The notes below the pieces were generated by a model. The model was not told where the DNA came from, did not search any database, and saw only the letters and a program-made list of their open reading frames with translations. Shown piece by piece: positions 52,353-61,446 of a DNA stretch of 64,000 bases. Source of the DNA: Spartobacteria bacterium (GTDB lineage: Bacteria; Verrucomicrobiota; Kiritimatiellia; RZYC01); assembly GCA_009930475.1 (NCBI GenBank), contig RZYC01000001.1:96410-160409 (forward strand), given 5' to 3'. The translations under genes and the position numbers were made by a program. Position 1 is the stretch's first letter. Each line of letters opens with the position of its first letter.

Positions 52353-52454
52353 AGATAACTCCCAAGATCATAATTATGAAACAGCCATATATTTCCCAGA
52401 CCAATGGCGGCACCCATGCACGCCATAATAAAACCGGCTCGACCAGACCATGAT
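52296..52454 (-). pseudogene. Remnant of an SNF-family transporter N-terminus (about 30 homologous residues, then frame decay)
   Basis: Minus-strand translation MNKQRESWSGRAGFIMACMGAAIGLGNIWLFHNY... parallels [34 protein letters not shown] of the intact SNF gene at 48564. It overlaps the photolyase start out of frame. Confidence 0.4.
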
Positions 52455-52537
52455 TCCCGTTGCTTATTCATATATTTACTCCCAATGAACGTGCATTATG
52501 ATACAGACGGGTGTAATAGACAAATCGATAGCATAAA

Positions 52538-52615
52538 AATGCGCAACCTTCAGGACATGCGTTTGCACAAAAATAAATAATCCGCTGTGATATTGCGCAT
52601 GACGTATCTTTGCGC
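52538..52615. promoter_or_regulatory. Operator-like sequences upstream of the lacI-family gene (ATGCGCAAC...GCGTTTGCAC and TTGCGCATGACGTATCTTTGCGC)
   Basis: Same GCGCA-ACGT-TGCGC word family as the palindrome at 42645..42664. Located 65–140 bp upstream of the 52681 start. Confidence 0.35.
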
Positions 52616-52680
52616 TTGCAGGTGTGCGGACGCATAGAGTAGAAGATGCACTTAGATAAGTGCTAGAAAGTGTGTGAAAT

Positions 52681-53712
52681 ATGGCGTTAACAATAAAAGA
52701 TATAGCAAAACTGGCTGGAGTTAGTCCGTCGACCGTTTCGCGCAGTCTGAATGATCATCCCCGTATACCAGAAGAAACACGTTTGCGCATCAAGCGTATC
52801 GCGGAAGAAACAGGCTTTGAATTTAATTCCAATGCCCGAGGACTCAGCTCATCCAACAAAACGGATACTATCGGGGTTATTTTCCCGCAGACGTTCGACG
52901 AAATTGTATCCGGATTTTTCTATAATTACCTGATGAAAAAGGTGCAGTTCGATATAGAAAAGCACAGTCTAGACAATATTGTTGGTTTTCCTGAAAACCG
53001 ATTTGACCGAAAAAGCAACATTGTACGCCTCATCGATCGCAGGAAGATTGATGGATTTATCATCGCTACGCCCTATTTTCAGCAGAGTGACTACGACTAC
53101 ATTGTCAAGAATACCGTTCCCCATGTTTTTCTTCACAATCGTCCGCAAAACCTGCATATGCATTCACTGGGTATCTTTACCGACCATGTACGCGGCGGCT
53201 ATATGGCGGCAGAGTATCTTATGAAACGCGGCCACCGCCGCATCATGGTGGTGCAGCAGAAAGAACATGATCTCGAATTTCGTGAGCGAACGGACGGATT
53301 TATTGCCGCCCATAATGATGCAGGTCTCCGCGCCGACCGGAACTTATTCATCGATTCCACCACCACCATCAGCGCGGGATACGATTCGATAGTGGCCAAC
53401 CGCGAGATGCTGAAAGACATCACCGCCATTTTCTTCCAGAGTGATATTATGGCTATCGGCGGCATTCGCGCCCTGCAGAATATGGGATACCATATTCCCG
53501 ATGATATCTCTGTCGTCGGGTACGACGACTTGGAACTGGGTACGCATTTCCATCCCAAGCTTACGACGATTCATCAGCCCGTAACCGAAATCGCCGAACT
53601 GGCCGTTGAAAGCTTGCTTGGATTTATCAAGGCCAAAACCATGACAGAAGATCGCCAGCTGCAGCTTGATCCTACGCTGGTAGAGCGCGATTCCGTAAAA
53701 TTTGTCAGCTAA
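52681..53712 (+). CDS. LacI-family transcriptional regulator
   Basis: N-terminal HTH TIKDIAKLAGVSPSTVSRSLN and a periplasmic-binding-protein-like sugar-binding core. Confidence 0.85.
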   Translation: MALTIKDIAKLAGVSPSTVSRSLNDHPRIPEETRLRIKRIAEETGFEFNSNARGLSSSNKTDTIGVIFPQTFDEIVSGFFYNYLMKKVQFDIEKHSLDNIVGFPENRFDRKSNIVRLIDRRKIDGFIIATPYFQQSDYDYIVKNTVPHVFLHNRPQNLHMHSLGIFTDHVRGGYMAAEYLMKRGHRRIMVVQQKEHDLEFRERTDGFIAAHNDAGLRADRNLFIDSTTTISAGYDSIVANREMLKDITAIFFQSDIMAIGGIRALQNMGYHIPDDISVVGYDDLELGTHFHPKLTTIHQPVTEIAELAVESLLGFIKAKTMTEDRQLQLDPTLVERDSVKFVS

Positions 53713-53808
53713 AAAAAGTTCCAATCATTGGAACTTTTTCCATGGCAATGAAATAAAAAGTTCCAATCATTGGAAGTATTTTTCGGAAAAGTTCCAATGA
53801 TTGGAAAA
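53712..53808. repeat. REP-like palindrome array P1 (3 copies) between the convergent lacI-family and DUF1015 genes
   Basis: aaaaaagttccaatcattggaacttttt, aagttccaatcattggaagt and aagttccaatgattggaaaag. Confidence 0.7.
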
Positions 53809-53819
53809 GACAAGACAGC

Positions 53820-55052
53820 TTAATCCAGCGTATGAACGAACAGTCCGGAGCGTAATTTCGGTTCAAACCAGGTGCTTTTCGGCGGCATGACATCTCCGTC
53901 ATCGGAAATCGCCATCAGCTGATCGATGCCTGTGGGATACATGGCAAAGGCCGCGGCAGCTTTGCCGGTATCGACGAGCATCATCAGTTCTTTCACGCCG
54001 CGAATGCCGCCGATAAACGCAATACGTTCATCTTTGCGCGGATCATCAATGCCCAGCAGACCGGAGAATAAATTTCTCTGCAGAACCGCAACATCCAATG
54101 CATCGGACGCACGGTCTGTTTGCGGATCATCCCAGCTCAATTCATACCATTTACCGGCAAGATACATGCAGGTATGTCTGGGTGCTTTGGGTTCTTTATG
54201 GTCGCAGGGGGTTACTGAAAATACTTCGCCAACTTTGGCTAAAAAAGCTTCCGTAGTCATGCCGCCCAGATCGCGGATAATTCGGTTGTAAGGCAGAATA
54301 TGCAGTTGATTTGCGGGAAATAATACCGACAAAAATCCGTTATATTCTTCATTTCCCGTTGCATCTGGATCGTTGGCCCGGCGATCACGAGCCACACGAG
54401 CCGAGGCCGCCGCGCGGTGATGGCCATCAGCAATATAGGTGGCTGGTACGGAGGCAAACAGAGATTCGACTTTCGCTGTGTCGCTGATCGTCCATAACTG
54501 ATGACGAATGCCGTCCTCAGCAGTGAAATCCACTTCCGGTTCGGCGGTGGCCAGTTCATCGACGAATGTGTCAATGGCAGGCTGATTGCGATACGTCAGG
54601 AAAACAGGCCCGGTCTGTGCGTTCAGCGATTCAATATGACGCGTCCGATCTTCCTCTGGAGACTGACGGGTAAATTCATGTTTTTTAATCAGTCCCGCAT
54701 CATATTCTTCGGTGGAAGAACAAGCCACAATGCCCTGCTGTGTGTGTTCACCCATGGTGATAACGTAGAGATAAAAATGTGCGTCGTCCTCCCGTTTCAG
54801 GTATCCCTGATCAATAAAATGTGTCAGGGCTCTTCCAGCCTGTGCGTAAACGGCCGGGCTTTTCGACGGCGTATCATCCGGTAAATCTACCTCCGGAATG
54901 GTGATATGCAGGAAACAACTCGGATTCGTCGCGCACAATTCGCGGGCTTCCTCGACGGACAGTACATCATAAGGTGGACTGGCAACTTTGTCAGCCATAT
55001 TTAACGGGGGTCTAAGCGCATTAAAAGGTTTAATTTTCATTGGATCCTCCAA
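53820..55052 (-). CDS. DUF1015-family protein
   Basis: N-terminus MKIKPFNALRPP...VASPPYDVLS is typical of DUF1015 (COG4198). 410 aa. Confidence 0.55.
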   Translation of the reverse strand: MEDPMKIKPFNALRPPLNMADKVASPPYDVLSVEEARELCATNPSCFLHITIPEVDLPDDTPSKSPAVYAQAGRALTHFIDQGYLKREDDAHFYLYVITMGEHTQQGIVACSSTEEYDAGLIKKHEFTRQSPEEDRTRHIESLNAQTGPVFLTYRNQPAIDTFVDELATAEPEVDFTAEDGIRHQLWTISDTAKVESLFASVPATYIADGHHRAAASARVARDRRANDPDATGNEEYNGFLSVLFPANQLHILPYNRIIRDLGGMTTEAFLAKVGEVFSVTPCDHKEPKAPRHTCMYLAGKWYELSWDDPQTDRASDALDVAVLQRNLFSGLLGIDDPRKDERIAFIGGIRGVKELMMLVDTGKAAAAFAMYPTGIDQLMAISDDGDVMPPKSTWFEPKLRSGLFVHTLD

Positions 55053-55129
55053 AGATGATATAACGTCAAAAAAGAATGCATATAATAGGGTGCGGGATCG
55101 AATGATTCAAAGAAAAAGTAAAAAATATG

Positions 55130-55166
55130 ATAATTAATCAGACTTACTATATATATATGCTTGACA
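55130..55166 (+). promoter_or_regulatory. Promoter-like module P2, rightward-pointing, upstream of the 55221 gene
   Basis: ataattaatcagacttactatatatatatgcttgaca. Confidence 0.4.
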
Positions 55167-55220
55167 CGTTGTCCTTTTTTCGTATTTTTGTTTTTTTGAT
55201 GGCACTGGACGTGCTCTGTA

Positions 55221-56243
55221 ATGCGTATGACAAAAAGATCTGAAATACAGTTACCCGCAGTGTTGTGGGAGCATGAACTGTTTGATAATCCGGCGGTGCA
55301 TCAGGCACCGGCATCATCGCTGTGCGCCGACGTTATTGATAAATGGATTCGGCGGATTCGTCACATGCCCAGTACGGGTGATGCTTCGGCGGCTGAAGCT
55401 CTGGAACGTTTGAATGATCATTATCGCCAAACATTGGAACAAGTGATGCGTCATTCTTCCGGTAGTGATGAGATGTGCATGCTGATAGGGCTTATTTGTT
55501 CGGTGCGTCAATTGAATCAGTCAGATGCAGTGCGGTCTGATATAGTAAAAGGTATCCGGCTTCTTGGTCAGCTGCAGAAAGCGGGACTGGTTGAAAAATG
55601 CGGATCGATGGCCATTAATCGTTCGGTGGTTCTTCATCGTATGAATGATGTTCTGCTTATGGTGATGGACCGTGTTGTCGCACGGGATGAACGGATGCGC
55701 CGTCGTTATCTTAGCAGGATTTATCGTATTCTTGAGGATGCGCTGGCATTTAACGGCACGGCGAATACGACCAGATTGCGGCCGATTTGGCAGGCGATTG
55801 CTGATTATTGGGACGGGAAAAAATATTGTATGCGGTATCTGGATGTGGGCTGTTCGGTGGAAACTGGTGCTTTTACTGTGGTTGATGCCAAACAAACTTT
55901 TCAGCGATGCGGGATAGAGGCGCGCGTTTATGGACTGGATGTGGTGGAGCCGGATAAGGCACTGCAACGCCGTTTGTTGGCAGAACATCGTGTTAGTGTG
56001 TATTCTGCACAGACCATCACTGGTAAACCGCCGGGTGAGTATGATGTTATTCTTTTGGCTAATGTACATCGGCATTTGACGAGGGAAGATCAGCGGGCCA
56101 TGTTCAGTCATTTGGGTGAGGCATTATGCGAGGGGGGCAGTTTATGGATTAATTGGCGTTTTGATGACCTGCATAGCCCCTGTATTCGGTTGGATCGAAA
56201 AAATGATGCACTCATTCAAGGGGCCGTTTTTAATGCGATCTGA
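55221..56243 (+). CDS. Hypothetical protein with a C-terminal class-I SAM-methyltransferase-like region
   Basis: YLDVGCSVETG (motif I-like) and YDVILLANVHRHL...GGSLWIN. The N-terminal half is unrecognised. Confidence 0.35.
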   Translation: MRMTKRSEIQLPAVLWEHELFDNPAVHQAPASSLCADVIDKWIRRIRHMPSTGDASAAEALERLNDHYRQTLEQVMRHSSGSDEMCMLIGLICSVRQLNQSDAVRSDIVKGIRLLGQLQKAGLVEKCGSMAINRSVVLHRMNDVLLMVMDRVVARDERMRRRYLSRIYRILEDALAFNGTANTTRLRPIWQAIADYWDGKKYCMRYLDVGCSVETGAFTVVDAKQTFQRCGIEARVYGLDVVEPDKALQRRLLAEHRVSVYSAQTITGKPPGEYDVILLANVHRHLTREDQRAMFSHLGEALCEGGSLWINWRFDDLHSPCIRLDRKNDALIQGAVFNAI

Positions 56244-56259
56244 AATTGTTACAATGCAA

Positions 56260-58668
56260 TTAGCTTTCGCGCAATTCGATGCGAAGAGCCTTGCGTAACG
56301 CGTCTTTGATACGTTCATGAAACGCATTTACTTCTTCGTCGGTCATGGTTCGATCGATCGCACGATATACGAGGGAGTAAGCCAAGCTGCGGTGCCCTTC
56401 AGCGATATTCTTTCCTTCATAAATATCGAATAGTTCAATGCTCTCCAGTTCTTTCGGAGCTGCGTTCAGAATGACTTTTTCAATGTCTTCATTTAACAGA
56501 TCAGTGGTAGCAATCAGTGCTATATCGCGCTCTGTTGACGGATAAACCGATGGAACTTTAACGGCGACGGGAGTTTTTCGATTGGCAATCAGTGCATCCA
56601 TATGCAATTCACCAATTGCGACAGGGTCGGAGAAGCGATAGTCAGAACGTAGTGTAGCTTTCAGTAGACCAAAGAATCCGATACATGAACCGTTTAACAT
56701 TACCTGGACGGCATGAGATGGTTCCATAAACGGCATGTCGACAGGCTCAACAGACCAGCCGCTTAGTCCCTGTGTATCCATAAGGGCACCTACCAGGCCC
56801 TTCATCCACAAGAACATTTCGCTGGGTTGAACTGGACTTCGTTTGTCAACCGCAGACCGATTGACGGGACCTTTTAAACCAAGTGAAACACGCAATCCTT
56901 CCGCCGCATTACCATCGGCCTCCCGGAAAAAGACGCGTCCTGATTCAAATAGAGCGACTTCCTGAACCTGACGGGCGTGATTCCGTCCCAGTGTTTCGAC
57001 CAGTTGTGGTATCAGACTGTTGCGTAGAATTGACTGATCTTTACTGATGGGATTGGGGATGCGAATAGCTTTTTCGTTCAGCAAGGAAAATTGTTTTAAT
57101 ATCTTTTCTGAAACCAGACTGTAATTCTGAATTTCGCTGAGTCCCAGAGCTGCCAATCGCTGTGCGCATGTGAAGCGGGCCGTGATTTCACTATCATCAG
57201 CACCCAAAACAACGCGTGCATTGGGTGCTGGTGCATCGATGGCATCAAGTCCGACCAATCGCGCATATTCTTCAAAAAGATCCACGTCACGAGTGACATC
57301 CGCCCGCATGGACGGAACCTGCATTACGCACGTGGTTTCATCATTAGAAACGCACTGAATTCCGATAGATGCCAGCATGCTTATGACCTTTTCCGTTTCA
57401 CAGGGGAGGCTTAGCAGCACCCGCATTTTATCCCAGCTGAAGGATACCTCTAAATCCGGTTTATCGCCGGGGAAAACGTCGATCACTCCACGTGCGATTT
57501 TGGCACCGGCTAGTTGCTGCATGAGCATAGCTGCACGCAGGCTGCCCTGCATGACGCCATTGCGGTCTACCCCGCGTTCGAATCGGTATGATGATTCCGA
57601 CGACATAGCCAGAGCCCGCCCTGTCAGACGGATGTTATCTGGATCAAAACAAGCGCTTTCCAGCAGCACATTCGTTGTAGCAGGACTGATTTCACTATGA
57701 GCCCCGCCCATCACACCGCCCAGGGCAACAGGACGCTCGGCATCGGCAATAACCAACATGTCATGTGTCAGTTCACATTGTGATCCATCCAGCGTTTCGA
57801 TCATTTCCTTTTCATTGGCCCGACGGACAATAATACGCTGTTCGGAAAGTTTATTCATATCAAAAGCATGGAGCGGCTGACCGTATTCCAGCAGAACATA
57901 GTTAGTAATGTCTACGATATTATTGATAGGACGAAGACCCACCCATTCTAATCGGTTGCGCATCCATTGAGGCGAGGGTGCCAGCTTGATGTCCGAAAGG
58001 ACACGGGCCGTATAGCGTGCACATAAATCCGGATCCGCGATCTCGACAGATGTCAGTTCGTTTATGTCTGTATTTTCTTCATGAATAACGAGTTCCGGAT
58101 ACTTTACTGTTGTCCCGTAGAGAGCAGCGACTTCACGAGCCATACCGATAATGCTGAGGCAGTCCGCACGGTTGGGTGTTACCTCAAGTTCTAAAACGGT
58201 TTCCGGTTCGCCGAGCAGTGATTGCAGGGAAGAACCTGTTACAGCCTCTTCTGAAAGTTCCATGAGGCCGTCGTGTTTGTCAGAAAGACCCAATTCATCT
58301 TCTGCACAGAGCATCCCGAAGGAGGCTTCGCCGCGAATCTTTGCTTTTTTAATCTTAAAATCACCAGGAAGCGTTGTGCCCACCGGAGCAAAGGGATATT
58401 TTCCGCCGGCAACGACATTGGGCGCACCGCAAACCACTTGATATTCATTGGTTCCATCACTCACCACGCATACCGAAAGTCGGTCGGCGTTGGGATGCTG
58501 TTTCTTAGATAAAACCTCGCCGACGACCACACCGTCAACAAGTGCCCCAAAAGTTTCAATGCCTTCGACTTCGGTACCGGAAAAGGTTAAACGAGCCGCC
58601 AGTCCTTCCACTGTGTCATCAAAATCTACATATTCCCGCAACCAGGAAAGCGGTAACTTCATAATCAA
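56260..58668 (-). CDS. pheT: Phenylalanine--tRNA ligase beta subunit
   Basis: 802 aa with N-terminal tRNA-binding domain, B3/B4, B5 and FDX-ACB regions. Confidence 0.9.
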   Translation of the reverse strand: MIMKLPLSWLREYVDFDDTVEGLAARLTFSGTEVEGIETFGALVDGVVVGEVLSKKQHPNADRLSVCVVSDGTNEYQVVCGAPNVVAGGKYPFAPVGTTLPGDFKIKKAKIRGEASFGMLCAEDELGLSDKHDGLMELSEEAVTGSSLQSLLGEPETVLELEVTPNRADCLSIIGMAREVAALYGTTVKYPELVIHEENTDINELTSVEIADPDLCARYTARVLSDIKLAPSPQWMRNRLEWVGLRPINNIVDITNYVLLEYGQPLHAFDMNKLSEQRIIVRRANEKEMIETLDGSQCELTHDMLVIADAERPVALGGVMGGAHSEISPATTNVLLESACFDPDNIRLTGRALAMSSESSYRFERGVDRNGVMQGSLRAAMLMQQLAGAKIARGVIDVFPGDKPDLEVSFSWDKMRVLLSLPCETEKVISMLASIGIQCVSNDETTCVMQVPSMRADVTRDVDLFEEYARLVGLDAIDAPAPNARVVLGADDSEITARFTCAQRLAALGLSEIQNYSLVSEKILKQFSLLNEKAIRIPNPISKDQSILRNSLIPQLVETLGRNHARQVQEVALFESGRVFFREADGNAAEGLRVSLGLKGPVNRSAVDKRSPVQPSEMFLWMKGLVGALMDTQGLSGWSVEPVDMPFMEPSHAVQVMLNGSCIGFFGLLKATLRSDYRFSDPVAIGELHMDALIANRKTPVAVKVPSVYPSTERDIALIATTDLLNEDIEKVILNAAPKELESIELFDIYEGKNIAEGHRSLAYSLVYRAIDRTMTDEEVNAFHERIKDALRKALRIELRES

Positions 58669-58679
58669 TACTCCACAAT

Positions 58680-60140
58680 CTACTTATGTTCTTTAGCTTT
58701 TTTATATGTTTCGAGCCGCTGGATCAGCCGTTCATCGCTCGGATATAGTTTTAACGCCTTTTCCTGTAGCTTAATAGCCTCATCGATGTCCCCGTTTTTA
58801 AACGTTGCATACGCCAGTGTATCGATAACGACCGGGTTTTCGCCTTTGGTCAGTTCGTTGGCTTTCTGGGCCAGTAGTAAACCATCTGCCACAAAAGCAT
58901 CGTTTAACCGTTCGTCCTCCACCAGGAACCAGGCCGCGCTGTTCAATGCTTTGGAACTAACATCATCCATTTTTAAAAGCTCTTCAATAGAGGTATGCAC
59001 AGTATCCGTACGTTCATTTAATGCATCGGTCTGAATTTTTAAATATTTGTAACCCATCCAATCTGGATCTGTATCTACGGCTCTATCCATGTATGTTGCC
59101 GATAGAGCGAGTAAAGTATCATTGGCTTTGTCTTCGCTAATAATCAGCTGAGCCATTTCAGATAGATGATCCAAATTGTCCCAGTTCAATTTGGCCAGTT
59201 GATTCATTACCTCAATGGCCTGATCCTGTAGATTAAGTTTCATGAGCAACATGAAATAGCCGCTGAGTAACTGGTAGTTTTCTGGTTCGGCATCAACGGA
59301 TTGTTTTACCTCATGCAATGCCAGATCAGCACAAGCCTGTGAATCGGGAAAACGTTCAGCCAGCATCAAGGGCAGTCCAGCCCGCTCCATGACTGACAGT
59401 GAATCATTATAATCCGTATAAAGTTTTTTCAGATTTTCGATGCATTTTTCCTCGTTTTTCATATCCGCATAAATCCAGATACGATTGGAAATGGCTTGCT
59501 GAGGATCGATTTTTTCCAGTTTATCCAGCGTTTTAAGAGCTTTACGCCAATTTTTTTTCGCCATGGCATCCATTAGAATCGCATCAATGTCCGCGCGCTG
59601 ACGTTCCATCTTTAAGTCATAGTCATCTTCGAGCACCCTGTTCAATATGGGTTCCAATGCCACGGGATGGCCGATCCACATAATTACGTTGTCTCTGCTG
59701 CGAACAAGGAAAACAGCCGGAATGCCTCGCAGCCCTGCACCTTTTAAATATTCTTCTGCGACACGGCCGTCGGCATCAAAAGCGATGGGATAGGTCATTT
59801 TGCCGGCCCATTGAGCAAGAAATGCGTCCGTGTCCTTCTTGGCGTCCAGAACGGCTATGCCGACGAATTCAACACCTTTGTCCGCATATTCAGTGCTCAT
59901 TTTTTCAAGAATAGGAATGGTTTGCTGGCATGGCCCGCACCAGCTAGCCCATAAGTCATAAACGATATAATCCGGATCCTTGGTCGCAGTAGCCGGGTCT
60001 TTACCTTTAAGCCATTCTAATCCATTTATATCCGGTGCTTTGTCGCCTATACCTAGTAACCACATGGGGTCGATGGCGAAAGAGGTGGAGACGCCGAACC
60101 AAATTAAAAATAAAGCGTTAATCAACCAGACTTTTTTCAT
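58680..60140 (-). CDS. TlpA-like thioredoxin-fold protein (WCGPC) fused to TPR repeats, exported
   Basis: Signal peptide, thioredoxin active site WASWCGPCQQ and a C-terminal TPR-like helical region. Lies between pheS and pheT. Confidence 0.65.
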   Translation of the reverse strand: MKKVWLINALFLIWFGVSTSFAIDPMWLLGIGDKAPDINGLEWLKGKDPATATKDPDYIVYDLWASWCGPCQQTIPILEKMSTEYADKGVEFVGIAVLDAKKDTDAFLAQWAGKMTYPIAFDADGRVAEEYLKGAGLRGIPAVFLVRSRDNVIMWIGHPVALEPILNRVLEDDYDLKMERQRADIDAILMDAMAKKNWRKALKTLDKLEKIDPQQAISNRIWIYADMKNEEKCIENLKKLYTDYNDSLSVMERAGLPLMLAERFPDSQACADLALHEVKQSVDAEPENYQLLSGYFMLLMKLNLQDQAIEVMNQLAKLNWDNLDHLSEMAQLIISEDKANDTLLALSATYMDRAVDTDPDWMGYKYLKIQTDALNERTDTVHTSIEELLKMDDVSSKALNSAAWFLVEDERLNDAFVADGLLLAQKANELTKGENPVVIDTLAYATFKNGDIDEAIKLQEKALKLYPSDERLIQRLETYKKAKEHK

Positions 60141-60172
60141 GAGAGACCTCGTTGTATATCGTTGAAGTGAAT

Positions 60173-61231
60173 TTACTGAAATTGATTTAAGAAGCGGACA
60201 TCGTTTTCATAGAGCAGACGGATATCCGGAATCCCATAAAGAATCATGGCAATACGTTCAATTCCCAGCCCGAAAGCATACCCCATAACTTCATCCGGAT
60301 TATATCCCACCGCACGAAAGACCTCAGGATCGACCATCCCGGCACCAGCAATTTCAATCCATCCACTGTTTTTACAGACACGGCAACCCTTTCCGCCACA
60401 GACATGACAGGAGAAATCAAACTCTACACTGGGCTCCGTAAACGGGAAAAAATGTGGCCGAAACCGTACCTTTACATCTGCTCCCATCATCTGCTGTGCA
60501 AAATAGGAAATGACACCTTTCAGATCGGACATGGAAACTCTGGTGTCCACGTACAGCCCTTCCATCTGATGAAAATTCGCACTGTGTGTGGCATCTGTGG
60601 TATCTCTTCGATAGCAACGGCCGGGGGCCACAATACGAACTGGCGGCTTCCTGCTTTCCATATACCGGATCTGCACCGGCGAGGTTTGCGTACGCAGCAG
60701 CATGCCGTTTTCCAGGTAAAACGTGTCTTTCACATCACGCGAAGGATGGGTCGCAGGTGTATTCAGTGCATCGAAATTGTGATATACAGATTCAATGTCC
60801 GGCCCTTCAGCGACGGTAAATCCCAATGTCCGAAAAATATCAATAGCGCGTTCCATGATGCGGCTGATGGGATGTCGATTTCCCACACGCTGCCAGTTCC
60901 CGGGGAGGGTATAATCAAAAACGACTTTAGTTGATGCTGATTCATTCAGTGTCGCCTGTTTCGCATCAAGAGCAGCAGTGAGCTCCATTTTAAATTCATT
61001 CGCCAGTTTACCCACCTGTGCCCGCTCAGAAGGATCGATATCCTTTAGCCCCTTCATGATAGACTGAATTAATCCTTTGCGGCTTAGATATTTAATACGA
61101 ACTTCTTCAATTTCTTTTAAACCGGAGACATGTGATGCTTTTTCCAGCGCATCGTTCCTCCAGTTCAGCACATCCTGTAGCTTCATAATTATGTAAACCT
61201 TCCGGTGATCCCAAAATACATGTCCACTCAT
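60173..61231 (-). CDS. pheS: Phenylalanine--tRNA ligase alpha subunit
   Basis: Class II aaRS motifs (FRPHFFPFTEPS, GAGMVDPEV) and the PheS N-terminal helix. Confidence 0.9.
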   Translation of the reverse strand: MSGHVFWDHRKVYIIMKLQDVLNWRNDALEKASHVSGLKEIEEVRIKYLSRKGLIQSIMKGLKDIDPSERAQVGKLANEFKMELTAALDAKQATLNESASTKVVFDYTLPGNWQRVGNRHPISRIMERAIDIFRTLGFTVAEGPDIESVYHNFDALNTPATHPSRDVKDTFYLENGMLLRTQTSPVQIRYMESRKPPVRIVAPGRCYRRDTTDATHSANFHQMEGLYVDTRVSMSDLKGVISYFAQQMMGADVKVRFRPHFFPFTEPSVEFDFSCHVCGGKGCRVCKNSGWIEIAGAGMVDPEVFRAVGYNPDEVMGYAFGLGIERIAMILYGIPDIRLLYENDVRFLNQFQ

Positions 61232-61314
61232 TTCAACAAGCGATTACCTTTACCTAAACAAGCCTACATTGTCACGTTTTATCCTGGCGCAACAGAGTTC
61301 ATCAATTATTCATT

Positions 61315-61350
61315 ATTAGAAATCAGACTAATAATATATATGTGCTTGCA
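61315..61350 (+). promoter_or_regulatory. Promoter-like module P2 variant upstream of the permease gene
   Basis: ttagaaatcagactaataatatatatgtgcttgcaa, then TATATT about 15 bp downstream. Confidence 0.35.
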
Positions 61351-61446
61351 ATGTAATGCGGATGATATATTCTGAGAGGTTTGTCTGGATGTGCTGGACA
61401 AATGCGATTGAAAAACGGCATCATTCGATACTAATTATTACGGAGG

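Noticed and set aside
32937-53808. P1 palindromes as operators of the neighbouring LacI-family regulator
   Set aside because: LacI-family sites are even-length with a central CG. P1 is an odd-centred 8-1-8 palindrome and sits downstream of the lacI gene between convergent genes. A separate canonical LacI-type palindrome exists at 42645.
53705-53902. ORF-track entry (65 aa) lying over the P1 palindrome array
   Set aside because: Its translation is dominated by PMIGTF, which is simply the palindrome CCAATGATTGGAACTTT read in frame. It is a repeat artefact, not a gene. The same applies to 38009..38206 (+).
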